This document shows positions 30,714 to 40,321 of a stretch of 60,450 nucleotides of DNA, one piece after another (position 1 is the first letter of the stretch; every line of letters starts with the position of its first letter). This DNA comes from a virus (taxonomy: Duplodnaviria > Caudoviricetes): positions 1-60,450 of the IMG/VR virus record IMGVR_UViG_3300032254_000005; one strand, given 5' to 3'. A model generated the notes under the pieces. The model did not search any database, was not told where the DNA came from, and saw nothing but the letters and a program-made list of their open reading frames with translations. Position numbers and translations under genes: made by a program.

Positions 30714-31201
30714 CCGATCCCGATCTCGATCTTTCCATCCCGTCGCTGATGCGCGCCTGCAAGGGCAACGTGGCGATGCTGCCGAGCTTCATGGTGCATG
30801 ACGACGACGTGTGGCCGCGCTCCGGCGTGGTCAGGACCGACAGCAAAGGCCGCATCCACATGCGCCGCTCGACGTTCATCCGCGCCGTGGTGGGCGAGCT
30901 GCCGATCCGCGAGGGTGTCTGGCACCGGATCGACTGCCAGGAGTTCCACCTGGACCTGAAACCGCACCACCTCCAGGGATCAAGCGACCAGGAGGGCGGC
31001 AACCGCAGACTGGCGGCGCGCACCGTGGCGAAAGCCGATTGGGCCGGACGCATCAAGGGAGATGAAGGCTATGGCAATGCTCCATCCGGGGATCACCGGC
31101 AACAGGACGTTGAGCGAGATGTTGCAGAGGCTAAGGCCCGAGGAACAAGCGGAAGCGTTGGCTCAACCGTATTTGCCCGAGATGGTGGCGACGACGGCTA
31201 A
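30710..31201 (+). CDS. Hypothetical protein
   Basis: Co-oriented ORF; 3' part overlaps the next gene. Confidence 0.45.
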   Translation: MTDPDLDLSIPSLMRACKGNVAMLPSFMVHDDDVWPRSGVVRTDSKGRIHMRRSTFIRAVVGELPIREGVWHRIDCQEFHLDLKPHHLQGSSDQEGGNRRLAARTVAKADWAGRIKGDEGYGNAPSGDHRQQDVERDVAEAKARGTSGSVGSTVFARDGGDDG

Positions 31202-31523
31202 GTGGGCCTGGACCCTGGAGAGCGATCACGGCGAGTTCGTTGCCAGCATGGCGATCATGCCCGACGTAAACCGGCGCGGCTGGTTCGTCTCATATCCCGG
31301 CGCTGCAATCCGATCATCTGCCGAGCTTCGCCCGCTGTTCCGGCTCTACACGATCTTCCGCGACAGCGGCGCGGTGTATGACGAGCTGCGCGCTTGGGTT
31401 GCGTCGGATGATGCGCGCGCGATTAGATTTGCCGAGTGGCATGGTTTTCGGCTAGATTGCGGGCCAGCGACAGGGTTTTCACCGACCGGGCGAGACTTGA
31501 GCTTATATTTATGGAGGCGATGA
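31062..31523 (+). CDS. GNAT-like protein (T7 gp13-like role)
   Basis: L.AWV...D.RAIRFAEW.GF. Confidence 0.6.
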   Translation: MKAMAMLHPGITGNRTLSEMLQRLRPEEQAEALAQPYLPEMVATTAKWAWTLESDHGEFVASMAIMPDVNRRGWFVSYPGAAIRSSAELRPLFRLYTIFRDSGAVYDELRAWVASDDARAIRFAEWHGFRLDCGPATGFSPTGRDLSLYLWRR

Positions 31524-31738
31524 TGGCCGGAATTTTTGGAAGCGGCGACAACGGCGCGCAGGCAGAGGCAAAGAAGCAGGCGGGACAGGCGCGGCGCGAG
31601 CGGCAAACCTCAAACGAGGAAACGAACCGGGCGCAGCAGCGCGGTGAACGCGGCGGCGGTGCCGGTGCAGGCACGCGAGGGCGGGACATGCTGATCGGCA
31701 ACCTGTCTCAACGCCTCAAAGAAACGCTTGGGGGCTAA
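31523..31738 (+). CDS. Small virion protein before portal (T7 gp7.3-like position)
   Basis: GGAGG RBS; ends TLGG immediately before the connector. Confidence 0.55.
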   Translation: MAGIFGSGDNGAQAEAKKQAGQARRERQTSNEETNRAQQRGERGGGAGAGTRGRDMLIGNLSQRLKETLGG

Positions 31739-31740
31739 TC

Positions 31741-33363
31741 GTGGCGCAGTGGGACGTTGACAGAGCTTGGAAGGCGATAGCCAGGGCCAGGAGCGACAAG
31801 GAAGCCTCCGACGATATCTACAAGGAGGCGATGGAGCTGACGTTCCCAGACCGCGAAAACTTCGTGAAGCGGAAGGAGGGCCAGCAGAAGGCGGCTTACA
31901 ACTGGGACAGCACACCACAGGTGTCGGTGATCCGAGCTGCCAACCGCCTCTCCTCAGACTTCACGCCGCAGTTCCAGGACTGGTTTGAGATCGGCCTGGG
32001 GCCAGCAGCCGAACAAATGCCAGACGAGATATTCCAGGAGGCAGTAGGCAAGGCGAAGGGCGAGGCCAAGGCAGAGCTGGAGGCCGTTACCAACATCGTG
32101 CAGGCCGTGTTTAACGGGCCAGGCTTTCCGACCGCCTCGAACGAAACCTACATCGACTGGCATTACGGCCAGGGCGGGATGAAGATCACGCCGAACGACG
32201 ACTTCCTGGGCGAGCCGGTGGTGTTCCAGGCCATGCCCATGTCGCACTTCTACGCCTACGAGGGACCGAACGGGCGGCTGGATCGCTGGTTCTTCTGGCA
32301 CGAGCTGCGCGCCGATGCGATCACGACGGAATGGCCCGACGCCACGCTGCCGGAGAAGCTGAAAGAGGAGGCCGAGAAGCCGACGCCTCCGATGGTCAAG
32401 CTCGCCTCGGTGGTCTATCGCGACTATGACGAGAAAGAAGCGCCGTTCCGCTACGAGGTGTTCTGGCAGAAGGGGGCAGACAAGGCCCGCCTGGTCGAGC
32501 GCCAGAGCCGCACGTCGCCTTTCGTGACGCCGCGCTATTCCAAGCTGCCTGGAGAAAACCGTGGGCGTGGGCCGGTGCTGTTCGCCCTGCCCGATATCCG
32601 CACCGCGAACAAGATCGTGGAGCTGACCCTTCGCGCCGTGGCCGTGGCCGTGGCTGGTGTCTACACCGCGACCGACGGAGCCGTGAACGGGCCGATCTCG
32701 ATCAAGCCCTACTCAATCATCAAGGTGCGCCGCAACGGCGGGCCGGACGGTCCCAGCCTCCAGCGTCTCGACAACCCCCAGCGGATCGACTTTGGCGAGC
32801 TGGTGCTGGACACGCTCCATATGAACATCCGCAAGGTGATCGGTGACAACAGCCTGCCGCCCGAGGCTGGACCGATCCGAACGGCGACCGAGTTCGTGCA
32901 GCGTGCCCGCGAGCTGGTGGCAGACCAGGCCGGTGGCCTCGGCCGTCTCTATGCGGAGTTTGTGATCCCGGCCGTGCAGCGCGTGGTCGATATCCTGGAA
33001 GCGAAACAAATCCTGCCGACGCAGGGGCTCCAGATCGACCAGTTCTTGATCGAGGTGCGTATGACAAGCCCGCTCGCGCGGGGCGAGGCCATGCAGGAGG
33101 TCGAGAACATCGTGCGGTTCATGGAGATGCTGAAAGCCATTGGCGGCGATCAGCTCATGGGGTTCGAGATGGACCTGGAGAAAGTCACACCGCGCCTTGG
33201 CGATCTGATGAATGTGCCGATGAACCTGCGCACCACAAAGGAACAGAAGGTAGAGCTGATGAAGGCGGCGGCAGCACAGGTGGCGACCGAGCAAGGTGCT
33301 GATCCGAACGTGGCAGCGCAGGCGGTCGAACAACAGGAGGCGCAGCGCAATGGCAGACGGTAA
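31741..33363 (+). CDS. Head-to-tail connector (portal), T7 gp8/Bbp21-type
   Basis: DST...AA.RL, PR..K..GE..GRGP...ALPD, TATE...R, SPLA. Confidence 0.92.
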   Translation: MAQWDVDRAWKAIARARSDKEASDDIYKEAMELTFPDRENFVKRKEGQQKAAYNWDSTPQVSVIRAANRLSSDFTPQFQDWFEIGLGPAAEQMPDEIFQEAVGKAKGEAKAELEAVTNIVQAVFNGPGFPTASNETYIDWHYGQGGMKITPNDDFLGEPVVFQAMPMSHFYAYEGPNGRLDRWFFWHELRADAITTEWPDATLPEKLKEEAEKPTPPMVKLASVVYRDYDEKEAPFRYEVFWQKGADKARLVERQSRTSPFVTPRYSKLPGENRGRGPVLFALPDIRTANKIVELTLRAVAVAVAGVYTATDGAVNGPISIKPYSIIKVRRNGGPDGPSLQRLDNPQRIDFGELVLDTLHMNIRKVIGDNSLPPEAGPIRTATEFVQRARELVADQAGGLGRLYAEFVIPAVQRVVDILEAKQILPTQGLQIDQFLIEVRMTSPLARGEAMQEVENIVRFMEMLKAIGGDQLMGFEMDLEKVTPRLGDLMNVPMNLRTTKEQKVELMKAAAAQVATEQGADPNVAAQAVEQQEAQRNGRR

Positions 33364-33673
33364 CACCGGGCTCGACGCCCTGTTCGAGAACGGCGACAGC
33401 GAAGCGTGGCGCGATCTCATGCGACGCACCGAGGACCAGGCACCGATCCGGCAAGGTGTCGATCCCGAGCTTTATTCGGTTGTGTTCTCAACGCCTGCCG
33501 GGCGCGAGGTGCTGGCGGATATGTATAACCGCTACGTCAACGTAACACGCTGCATCCCAGGCCAGGGACCGGACGCGGCGTTCTACCGTGAGGGCATGGC
33601 GCAAGTCGTGTTCGATATCGTTTACAACATCGCCCTGGCGCATGAAGGAGAAGGCAATGGCAAAGAAGGATGA
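33350..33673 (+). CDS. Bbp19-like protein
   Basis: Y..VF.TP.G..VL.D, AFYREG..VV; follows portal. Confidence 0.7.
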   Translation: MADGNTGLDALFENGDSEAWRDLMRRTEDQAPIRQGVDPELYSVVFSTPAGREVLADMYNRYVNVTRCIPGQGPDAAFYREGMAQVVFDIVYNIALAHEGEGNGKEG

Positions 33674-34010
33674 TCTGATCGAGGAGGCCAAGGGCCTCGG
33701 GATCGAGATGGACAGCAACGAGACGGTGGCCGACTTGGAGGCCAAGATCGCAGAGGCCAAGGCGGCGCTGCCCGCTCCGGTCGAGGGCGAGCTGACGCGC
33801 TCCAAGGTGAACCGGGGCTCGCGCCGTCGGATCGAGCGTGCGATCACGCGGCTGAACGAGGAGATGGACGCGGCGATCAAGGAGTTCGATCTCCAGGCGT
33901 TCGTCGCTGACGAGGACGGCAACCGCACGGCCGAATGGCCCGCTGTCACCCGGCTGCGCGAGGCGAAGGCCGAGGTCAACGACCAGGTGAACCAGCTCCT
34001 CGCGGGCTGA
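33657..34010 (+). CDS. Hypothetical protein with Rho-N/HeH-like N-terminus
   Basis: K.DL...AK.LGI......T..DL...I; AAGGAG RBS. Confidence 0.55.
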   Translation: MAKKDDLIEEAKGLGIEMDSNETVADLEAKIAEAKAALPAPVEGELTRSKVNRGSRRRIERAITRLNEEMDAAIKEFDLQAFVADEDGNRTAEWPAVTRLREAKAEVNDQVNQLLAG

Positions 34011-34051
34011 TCTGAAAACCCACACCCCAGCGAAACAAGGAGACGACGTGC

Positions 34052-35056
34052 ATGTGGAAATTCTGGCAATATCACGCCCCCGTTTGGAGCCCGGCCGATG
34101 AAGGCTCGGGAGGTTCGGGCGAAGGCAACGGAGACGGCGGCGGCGAGGGCGAAGGCGCTGGCGGAGAAGGTGGAGAAGGCGAAGGCGGCAGCGGTTCCCA
34201 GGGCTCCTCGATCCTGGACTTCGCCACCAAGGGCAAGGCCAAGGAAGGCGAAGGTGGGGGCGACGGTGACGCCTGGAAGCTGCCTGACGGCATGGAGCTG
34301 CCGGATCATCTGGTGGGTTCGTCGGCTGACGAGACGCTGGCGAAACTGAGCAAGGCTTACCAGGGCGCGCGGCGCGATCTATCCAAGAAGGGCAAGGGCG
34401 AGGGCAAGCTGGATGGCGCGGTGCCCGACGATCCCGAGGGCTACAAGTTCGACCCCGAGGGTGACGACGACAAGATCGCGGAGGAGCTGAACAGCGAAGC
34501 CTCGAAGCCCTACGTCGATGCGTTCCGCAAGGCCGCGCACAAGCTCGGCATCCCTGACAAGGCGTTTACCCAGCTCATGCGCGAGGGCCTGTCAGGCATC
34601 GCGGAGGACGGTATGCCCATCGGCGTGTCGAACGAGGAGGCGGCGCAGATCAGCGGTGAGCAAGAGATGGAGAGCCTGGTGCAAGAGGTCGGCAAGAAGG
34701 AGGCCAGCACCATCGTCAACACCATCGGCACATATGCCGAGAAGCTGGCCCAGCGCGGCGTTCTCAAAGACGAGCAGGACATTGCCGAGTTCTCACAAAT
34801 GGTCGGCACCGGCCGCGCAGCGCGCATCTTCCACCGCATCTTAACTGGCGAGATGGGCGAAAGACCGATCCCAGTGGCCGATGGCGCGGATGGATCGGTG
34901 ACGCCGCAGGAAGCCTATTCCAGGCACGCCCAGGCCAGTAAGATGAAGCCCGGCGCGGAGAAGGACGCGGCAATGGCAGAGGCGCAACGCCTGATGCAAA
35001 AGGCGTTTGGCACTTCGCCGCAACAGACTGGCTCGATCCGCTCCGGTGTGCTATAG
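34052..35056 (+). CDS. Capsid scaffolding protein, phage B
   Basis: Synteny; G/E-rich N-terminus, L.KAY, VP..PEGY motifs. Confidence 0.8.
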   Translation: MWKFWQYHAPVWSPADEGSGGSGEGNGDGGGEGEGAGGEGGEGEGGSGSQGSSILDFATKGKAKEGEGGGDGDAWKLPDGMELPDHLVGSSADETLAKLSKAYQGARRDLSKKGKGEGKLDGAVPDDPEGYKFDPEGDDDKIAEELNSEASKPYVDAFRKAAHKLGIPDKAFTQLMREGLSGIAEDGMPIGVSNEEAAQISGEQEMESLVQEVGKKEASTIVNTIGTYAEKLAQRGVLKDEQDIAEFSQMVGTGRAARIFHRILTGEMGERPIPVADGADGSVTPQEAYSRHAQASKMKPGAEKDAAMAEAQRLMQKAFGTSPQQTGSIRSGVL

Positions 35057-35099
35057 GTGCGATGCGGGCGCAAGCCTGTATGAACCATCACTACTTGGT

Positions 35100-35136
35100 C
35101 GCCCCGGCAATAATAGATTGCCGGGGCGTTTTTTTT
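35100..35136 (+). terminator. Rho-independent terminator
   Basis: cgccccggcaat-aatag-attgccggggcg followed by T8. Confidence 0.88.
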
Positions 35137-35144
35137 ACACACGC

Positions 35145-35173
35145 TTGCCAGATCGCGCGGCTGGTGGCATATT
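35145..35173 (+). promoter_or_regulatory. Putative capsid promoter
   Basis: TTGCCA-N17-CATATT directly after the terminator. Confidence 0.5.
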
Positions 35174-35283
35174 GGCGCACAAGATGCAGACCCGCGAGGA
35201 ACGGCACCCGGCTTAGGCGACAGGCCCGCGACCCTTAAGGCCCTCGATCTTCCCCCGATTGAAACCTTGAAGGAGTGACGCAA

Positions 35284-36255
35284 ATGCACCGCAAAATTCT
35301 CAGCTTGATCTACACATTTCTTGACGTGGTAGCTGTCTACATCATCACCGCGCTGGTGGTTCTCGCCAAGCGTATGGACCCGGCTTTCTTCATGGCAGAC
35401 GAGACCGGTTCGGTCTCTCTCTCCACCGCAGCAATCGCCAGCTTCGACGCTGATGTGAAGCACGCCTATCAGGATATGGGCAAGCTGCGCGATACCGTGC
35501 GGATCAAAACCGGCGTCGTGGGTTCGACCCACCGCTTCCCGAAACTGGCCGCTGGCCTGGCAACCCGCCGCGTCAAGCAGACCGACGTTGTGCCGATGAA
35601 CCTCGCGCACACCAACGCGACCGCAACGCTCGAAGATTGGAACGCCGCCGAATACACCGACGTGTTCGATGATGCGAAAACCAACATCTCCGAGCGCGAG
35701 GAGCTGGCCGGTTCCATCGCCAAGGCGATCAGCCGCCGCGAGGATCAGCTTATCATCGACGCGCTGGAAGCCACCTCCACCACGCTGACCGTGGCAAGCT
35801 CCATCGGCGGGGCCAACACGAACCTCAACGTGGACAAGCTGCGCCGTGCATCGCGCCTCCTGGGCGACAACGGTGTGGGCGAGGACGAGGATATCACCTA
35901 TGTCGGCTCCTACGCTGGGCGTGAGGGCCTTCTGGGCGAAACCGAGGCCACCAGCGCTGACTTCAACACGGTGCGCGCCCTGGTCAACGGCGATATCTCG
36001 CAGTTCCTCGGCATGTCGTTCAAGTGGATCGCGTCCCGCGCTGAAGGCGGGCTCGACCTGACCAGCGGCGACCGCACCACCTTTGCTTATGCGAAGTCGG
36101 CACTCGGGCACGCAATCGGCATGGATCAGCGGATGGAGGTCAACTACATCCCGACCAAGACGAGCTGGCTTGCCAACATGCTATTCTCGGCCGGTTCCAT
36201 TGAGATCGACGCCGGTGGTGTGGTCGAGATCACCTGCGACGAGGACGGCGCATAA
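35284..36255 (+). CDS. Major capsid protein, phage B, with N-terminal extension
   Basis: AAGGAG RBS; F.A.VK.AYQ, A..R..DQ.II.AL, TSADFN.V.ALV.G, FLG..F, Y.P.K.SW. Confidence 0.9.
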   Translation: MHRKILSLIYTFLDVVAVYIITALVVLAKRMDPAFFMADETGSVSLSTAAIASFDADVKHAYQDMGKLRDTVRIKTGVVGSTHRFPKLAAGLATRRVKQTDVVPMNLAHTNATATLEDWNAAEYTDVFDDAKTNISEREELAGSIAKAISRREDQLIIDALEATSTTLTVASSIGGANTNLNVDKLRRASRLLGDNGVGEDEDITYVGSYAGREGLLGETEATSADFNTVRALVNGDISQFLGMSFKWIASRAEGGLDLTSGDRTTFAYAKSALGHAIGMDQRMEVNYIPTKTSWLANMLFSAGSIEIDAGGVVEITCDEDGA

Positions 36256-36317
36256 GCGCCATCAGGAGGGCGGGTTTGACGCTCGCCCTCTCCTGAAACT
36301 TAATTTGGAGAAGCAAC

Positions 36318-36566
36318 ATGGCTTTCAACCTGCAAGGACTGGAGAACCACAGCGGCTCTGGCGGTGGCATCAAGATTTTCAGCTACAACGCCGGGACCGA
36401 CGCGAAAGCGGCCGTCAAGGGCGCGGGATACTTCAACACCGCCGCCGATATTCTGAGCGTGGGCGACCGCATCCTGATCCACGCATCGGATGCCGATTTC
36501 GACGCTCATGTGTCGGCAATCAGCGCCGGTGTCGTGACCATCGCGGCAATCGACGCCTTCGTCTAA
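36318..36566 (+). CDS. Small capsid-associated protein
   Basis: GGAG RBS; Y...D....V..AGYFN...L.VGD.I. Confidence 0.7.
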   Translation: MAFNLQGLENHSGSGGGIKIFSYNAGTDAKAAVKGAGYFNTAADILSVGDRILIHASDADFDAHVSAISAGVVTIAAIDAFV

Positions 36567-36592
36567 TCCGCTGGGGTGTGGATGCGAGGGAC

Positions 36593-36627
36593 GGGCCGGG
36601 GCTATCATGGCCTCGGCCCTTTTTCTT
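36593..36627 (+). terminator. Rho-independent terminator
   Basis: gggccggggct...ggcctcggccc followed by tttttctt. Confidence 0.7.
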
Positions 36628-36638
36628 AGGGGACCGAC

Positions 36639-37277
36639 ATGACCTACAGCAAAGTGGATGTTGCATCGCAAGCGCTGGCTCGCCTGGGCGAACCGGCGAT
36701 TTCTTCGTTTGAGGAGGACAGCGACGCAGCCGAGAAGGTTAACCAGCTCTACGAACCGACGATACTCCAGCTCCTCGGCTCGCACGACTGGAGCTTTGCC
36801 ACGCGGCGCAAGGTTCTGCCTGACGATGCAGCGGGCTTGCCTCTCAACGAATGGAAGCGCGCCTTTCTCCTGCCGACGCTGCGCACGGATCGCGTGGGCA
36901 AGCCTCTGTCAGTTTTCAACTCGACGCAGGTTCGCGCGCCCCAAGTGTTCGATTACGAGACACAAGAGAAATGGATTTTCTCTAATTATGACCAGGTGGT
37001 GATCGAATACATCTGGCGCGCTCCTGAAAGCCAATGGCCTGGTTGCTTCCAAACGCTCGCAATCGAGGCTGTCGCCGCAACCCTGGCGCTGCCTATCACC
37101 GAGAACGCGAGCAAGGAACAAATGCACCGGCAAATCGCCTATGGCAACCCGAGCGAGTTAGGGCGTGGCGGGCTATTCCGCACCGCGACCGAGGCCGACG
37201 CCACCGGCGATCCGACGCGATCACTCCTGGACGATCACGATCCGATCTGGGGCGCGCGCTTTGGAGGGTATCGGTAA
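36639..37277 (+). CDS. Tail tubular protein A (adaptor)
   Basis: AL..LG...I.SF.E, H.WSFA..R..L, F.LP. Confidence 0.85.
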   Translation: MTYSKVDVASQALARLGEPAISSFEEDSDAAEKVNQLYEPTILQLLGSHDWSFATRRKVLPDDAAGLPLNEWKRAFLLPTLRTDRVGKPLSVFNSTQVRAPQVFDYETQEKWIFSNYDQVVIEYIWRAPESQWPGCFQTLAIEAVAATLALPITENASKEQMHRQIAYGNPSELGRGGLFRTATEADATGDPTRSLLDDHDPIWGARFGGYR

Positions 37278-40200
37278 TGCCGACGAGCCGATACATTCAG
37301 ACCAGCCTTTCGGCCGGGGAGTTCGACCCGCTCCTCTGGAGCCGCGAGGACGTGTCGTTCTTCTACAACTCGGCCAGGATCATCGAAAACGCCGTGCCGC
37401 TGCCCCAGGGCGGGGCCAAGCGCCGCGAGGGCTGGCGATATCGTGCGCTCCAGCGCGGCCCGATCTCCGAGATCGACCTGTCCGGCGCGACCGTCACCGG
37501 GATCAACGGCGGCACCATCGGCAACCTTACGGACAGCGACGAGACGACGCTTTTCCAGACCGGATTGAGCAAGGCGATCAGTGGCGTCACGAACGCCGAT
37601 CCGGCCGTGGTGACAGCCATCGCTCACGGCTATTCGACCGGAGATCGCGTACGGATCGACGCGGTTGAGGGTATGGGCGCTCCCAGCGGCACCACCGCGT
37701 CGATTACAAATGCGACCCAAGCGAACCCCTGCGTTATCACGGCGGCAGGGCATGGATTTTCGTCCGGCAACACTGTCGAAATTACCGGCGTGTCTGGTAT
37801 GACGGAGCTGAATAACGATACCTATACAATGACGGTGTTGACCAGTGACACGTTTTCTCTGGACGGCACCGACAGCACAGGCTTCACGGCATACTCAACC
37901 GGAGGCACGGCTGAGCAAATCCTGGCAACCTCGATCAACGGCCACCAGGGCGCGATCACGGTGCTGACGGCCGACACCTTTGAGCTGGATGGTTTCGATA
38001 GCTCGGCGCTGGGCCTCTATGTCTCGGGTGGCACGGCCGTGAAGGGCATAGGTGCCGCGACCGCATACGAGGTGCTGCGCCTCGATCTCGGATCGGCACA
38101 AGCGGTTTCGCTTATGGACATGCGCGATCTGCGCGTAGTGGAATTTCCGGCTGACGTGACCTCGGCCGATCTAACCTTGCAGCACAGCTCGGATGGATCA
38201 AGCTGGACGGATGCGGCCACGTTTGCCGCGGGCAACGTGGCCTATGATCGGCGGTTCGCGGCCGCACCTGATCAGCTTCTCGGAACGGCGCGCTACTGGC
38301 GTGCAATCGTTGACAACCCATCGGCTGTCGATCTCAAGGGCGCGACCGTCGATCTGTCTCAAGTCGAGATGTATCTGGAGGCCGGATATAGCAGCGGTGC
38401 GGCAGTCGGCCAGCTCTCGATCCACCGCCTGACCGCGACGATCCAAGACGAGTATATCGTGGTGCTGACTGCCGGGTGCTGCGATGTGTTTCGGGGCACC
38501 GACGGGGCATGGGTTGCCAGTGCCGCGATCCCGCACACCGACGCAGAGGTGGCCGAGGTCAAGAGCGCGCCGAACCTGGATACGCTGATACTCTACCAGA
38601 ACGATCAACCGCCGTGGGTAGTGCAGCGCCTCGACAGCGACACTGACTGGCGATCTAATGCGCTGGTATTCGACACCATCACCGAATTCTCCTTCGACAG
38701 CGGCAACGTCGGCGGCGGCGAGAATGAAATCCAGTTCCTGCGCTTTGACGACATATCGAGTGGACACAAGCTCTTGGTCGAATACAACGGTGAGGCCAGC
38801 GACGAGATCACATGGACCAACTCAACATCGACCAACACGGCCAACCTGGAGGCGGCAATCGAGGGCCTGACCGATATCACGTCGGTGACGGTGCGTGTGA
38901 ACGAGGGCTCCGGCGCGAACGCGGAATTTGAGGTCGAGTTTGCGGGCAATGATGGCAAAAAACCTTGGCCGATCTTGGTGATCGACATTCTGACCGGCGA
39001 CGGCACGGTGGTGCTATCCCGCAAGCAGTTTGGCAAAAAGGACTTTGACGCGCTATGGAGCGCCACGCGCGGCTATCCAAGCTGCGGCAACTTCTACCAG
39101 GGTAGGCACTGGATGGGAGGCTTCAAGGCACGCCCCGATATGCTGGTGGGAAGCCGAGCCGGTGCGCTGTTTGACTTCAAAGAGGATGCGGACCCGGTGG
39201 CAGCATCGCCTATCGTCGTTGCGCCCAACATTGACGATCAGGTAACGATCCAGAACATCTACCCAGGGCGGCACCTCCAGATTTTTACCAGCTCGGCCGA
39301 GCTTTATGTGCCGGACGAGCCGATTACCATCGACAACATTGCGCTCAAGGTGACGAGCCGCCACGGATCGAGCCCAGAGGTCAAGCCGGTGGACGTGCAA
39401 GGCGGCACAATGTTCGTGGATCGCAACGGCCGGGCGCTGCGCGAATACCTGTTCACCGACACCGAGCAAAGCTATTCGGCAGAGCCGGTGTCGCTCCTGG
39501 CCGGGCATCTTATGTCCTCGCCTCGATCACTGATGCTGCGCCGCGCGCGCGACGTGGACGAGCCCACACTCCTCTTGGCGTCGAACACCGGCACCGACCG
39601 CAACGGCGACGAGGTGCCAGCGGCCATGATCGTGATCGACCGCGCCCAGCAGGTGACTGGCTTTTTCCGCGTCAAAACCCAGGGCAAGCCTCTGGAGTTT
39701 GCCACGACACAAGGGGGCGAGGCGTTCGCGGTGGTCGAGCGCGACTTGGCTGGGGTGAAGTGGAATTTCATGGAGCAGTTCGATGATGCGTTCATGTCGG
39801 ATTGCAGCGTTTCGATCTCGGGCTCTGGCTCGACCATAGACGTGTCTGCCTATCCCTGGTTGGAGGGGCAGGAGGTCGAGGTGCATGGCGACGGCTTGCC
39901 GCTCGGTGCCTTCATCGTGGCCTCTGGCTCCGTGGACCTGGGAACGGCGACCTATGCCAGCTCGGCCGAGGTGGGTTTGCGCCAGGTGCCGCGCATCGTG
40001 CTGCATCCCTACAAGGGCAAGGGCGATCTCTCCCCGACCATGCAGAACATGCGCGTGTTCCGTGCCCTGATCCAGCTCGAACGCACCGGCGCGGTAGCGA
40101 TCACCGGGCATGACGGGGGCAGACCGCGCCCGGTGTCGCTCCAGAATTACGATACCGGGCTGATGGACCCAACGCTGGAGGAGGTTCTTTTCACAGGGCC

Positions 40201-40312
40201 AAAGCGCGTTGGCGGTTTAGGCCGCTGGCAGAAGGAGCCGACGGTGGAAATCACCCAGATTGAGCCTATGCCGTTCCTCCTGCGGTCGTTAACTTATGAT
40301 ATCCGATTTTAG
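37277..40312 (+). CDS. Tail tubular protein B (nozzle) with discoidin and FCCH insertions
   Basis: QT...AGE..P.L..R.D, QGG..RR.G, WS..RGYP....FYQGR, L.IFT...E; TAATG start. Confidence 0.88.
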   Translation: MPTSRYIQTSLSAGEFDPLLWSREDVSFFYNSARIIENAVPLPQGGAKRREGWRYRALQRGPISEIDLSGATVTGINGGTIGNLTDSDETTLFQTGLSKAISGVTNADPAVVTAIAHGYSTGDRVRIDAVEGMGAPSGTTASITNATQANPCVITAAGHGFSSGNTVEITGVSGMTELNNDTYTMTVLTSDTFSLDGTDSTGFTAYSTGGTAEQILATSINGHQGAITVLTADTFELDGFDSSALGLYVSGGTAVKGIGAATAYEVLRLDLGSAQAVSLMDMRDLRVVEFPADVTSADLTLQHSSDGSSWTDAATFAAGNVAYDRRFAAAPDQLLGTARYWRAIVDNPSAVDLKGATVDLSQVEMYLEAGYSSGAAVGQLSIHRLTATIQDEYIVVLTAGCCDVFRGTDGAWVASAAIPHTDAEVAEVKSAPNLDTLILYQNDQPPWVVQRLDSDTDWRSNALVFDTITEFSFDSGNVGGGENEIQFLRFDDISSGHKLLVEYNGEASDEITWTNSTSTNTANLEAAIEGLTDITSVTVRVNEGSGANAEFEVEFAGNDGKKPWPILVIDILTGDGTVVLSRKQFGKKDFDALWSATRGYPSCGNFYQGRHWMGGFKARPDMLVGSRAGALFDFKEDADPVAASPIVVAPNIDDQVTIQNIYPGRHLQIFTSSAELYVPDEPITIDNIALKVTSRHGSSPEVKPVDVQGGTMFVDRNGRALREYLFTDTEQSYSAEPVSLLAGHLMSSPRSLMLRRARDVDEPTLLLASNTGTDRNGDEVPAAMIVIDRAQQVTGFFRVKTQGKPLEFATTQGGEAFAVVERDLAGVKWNFMEQFDDAFMSDCSVSISGSGSTIDVSAYPWLEGQEVEVHGDGLPLGAFIVASGSVDLGTATYASSAEVGLRQVPRIVLHPYKGKGDLSPTMQNMRVFRALIQLERTGAVAITGHDGGRPRPVSLQNYDTGLMDPTLEEVLFTGPKRVGGLGRWQKEPTVEITQIEPMPFLLRSLTYDIRF

Positions 40313-40321
40313 GAGGCAGGC

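Noticed and set aside
37034-37276. Upstream extension of tail tube B in the ORF track
   Set aside because: Overlaps tube A; the family-typical start is at 37277 with GGAGG and a TAATG overlap
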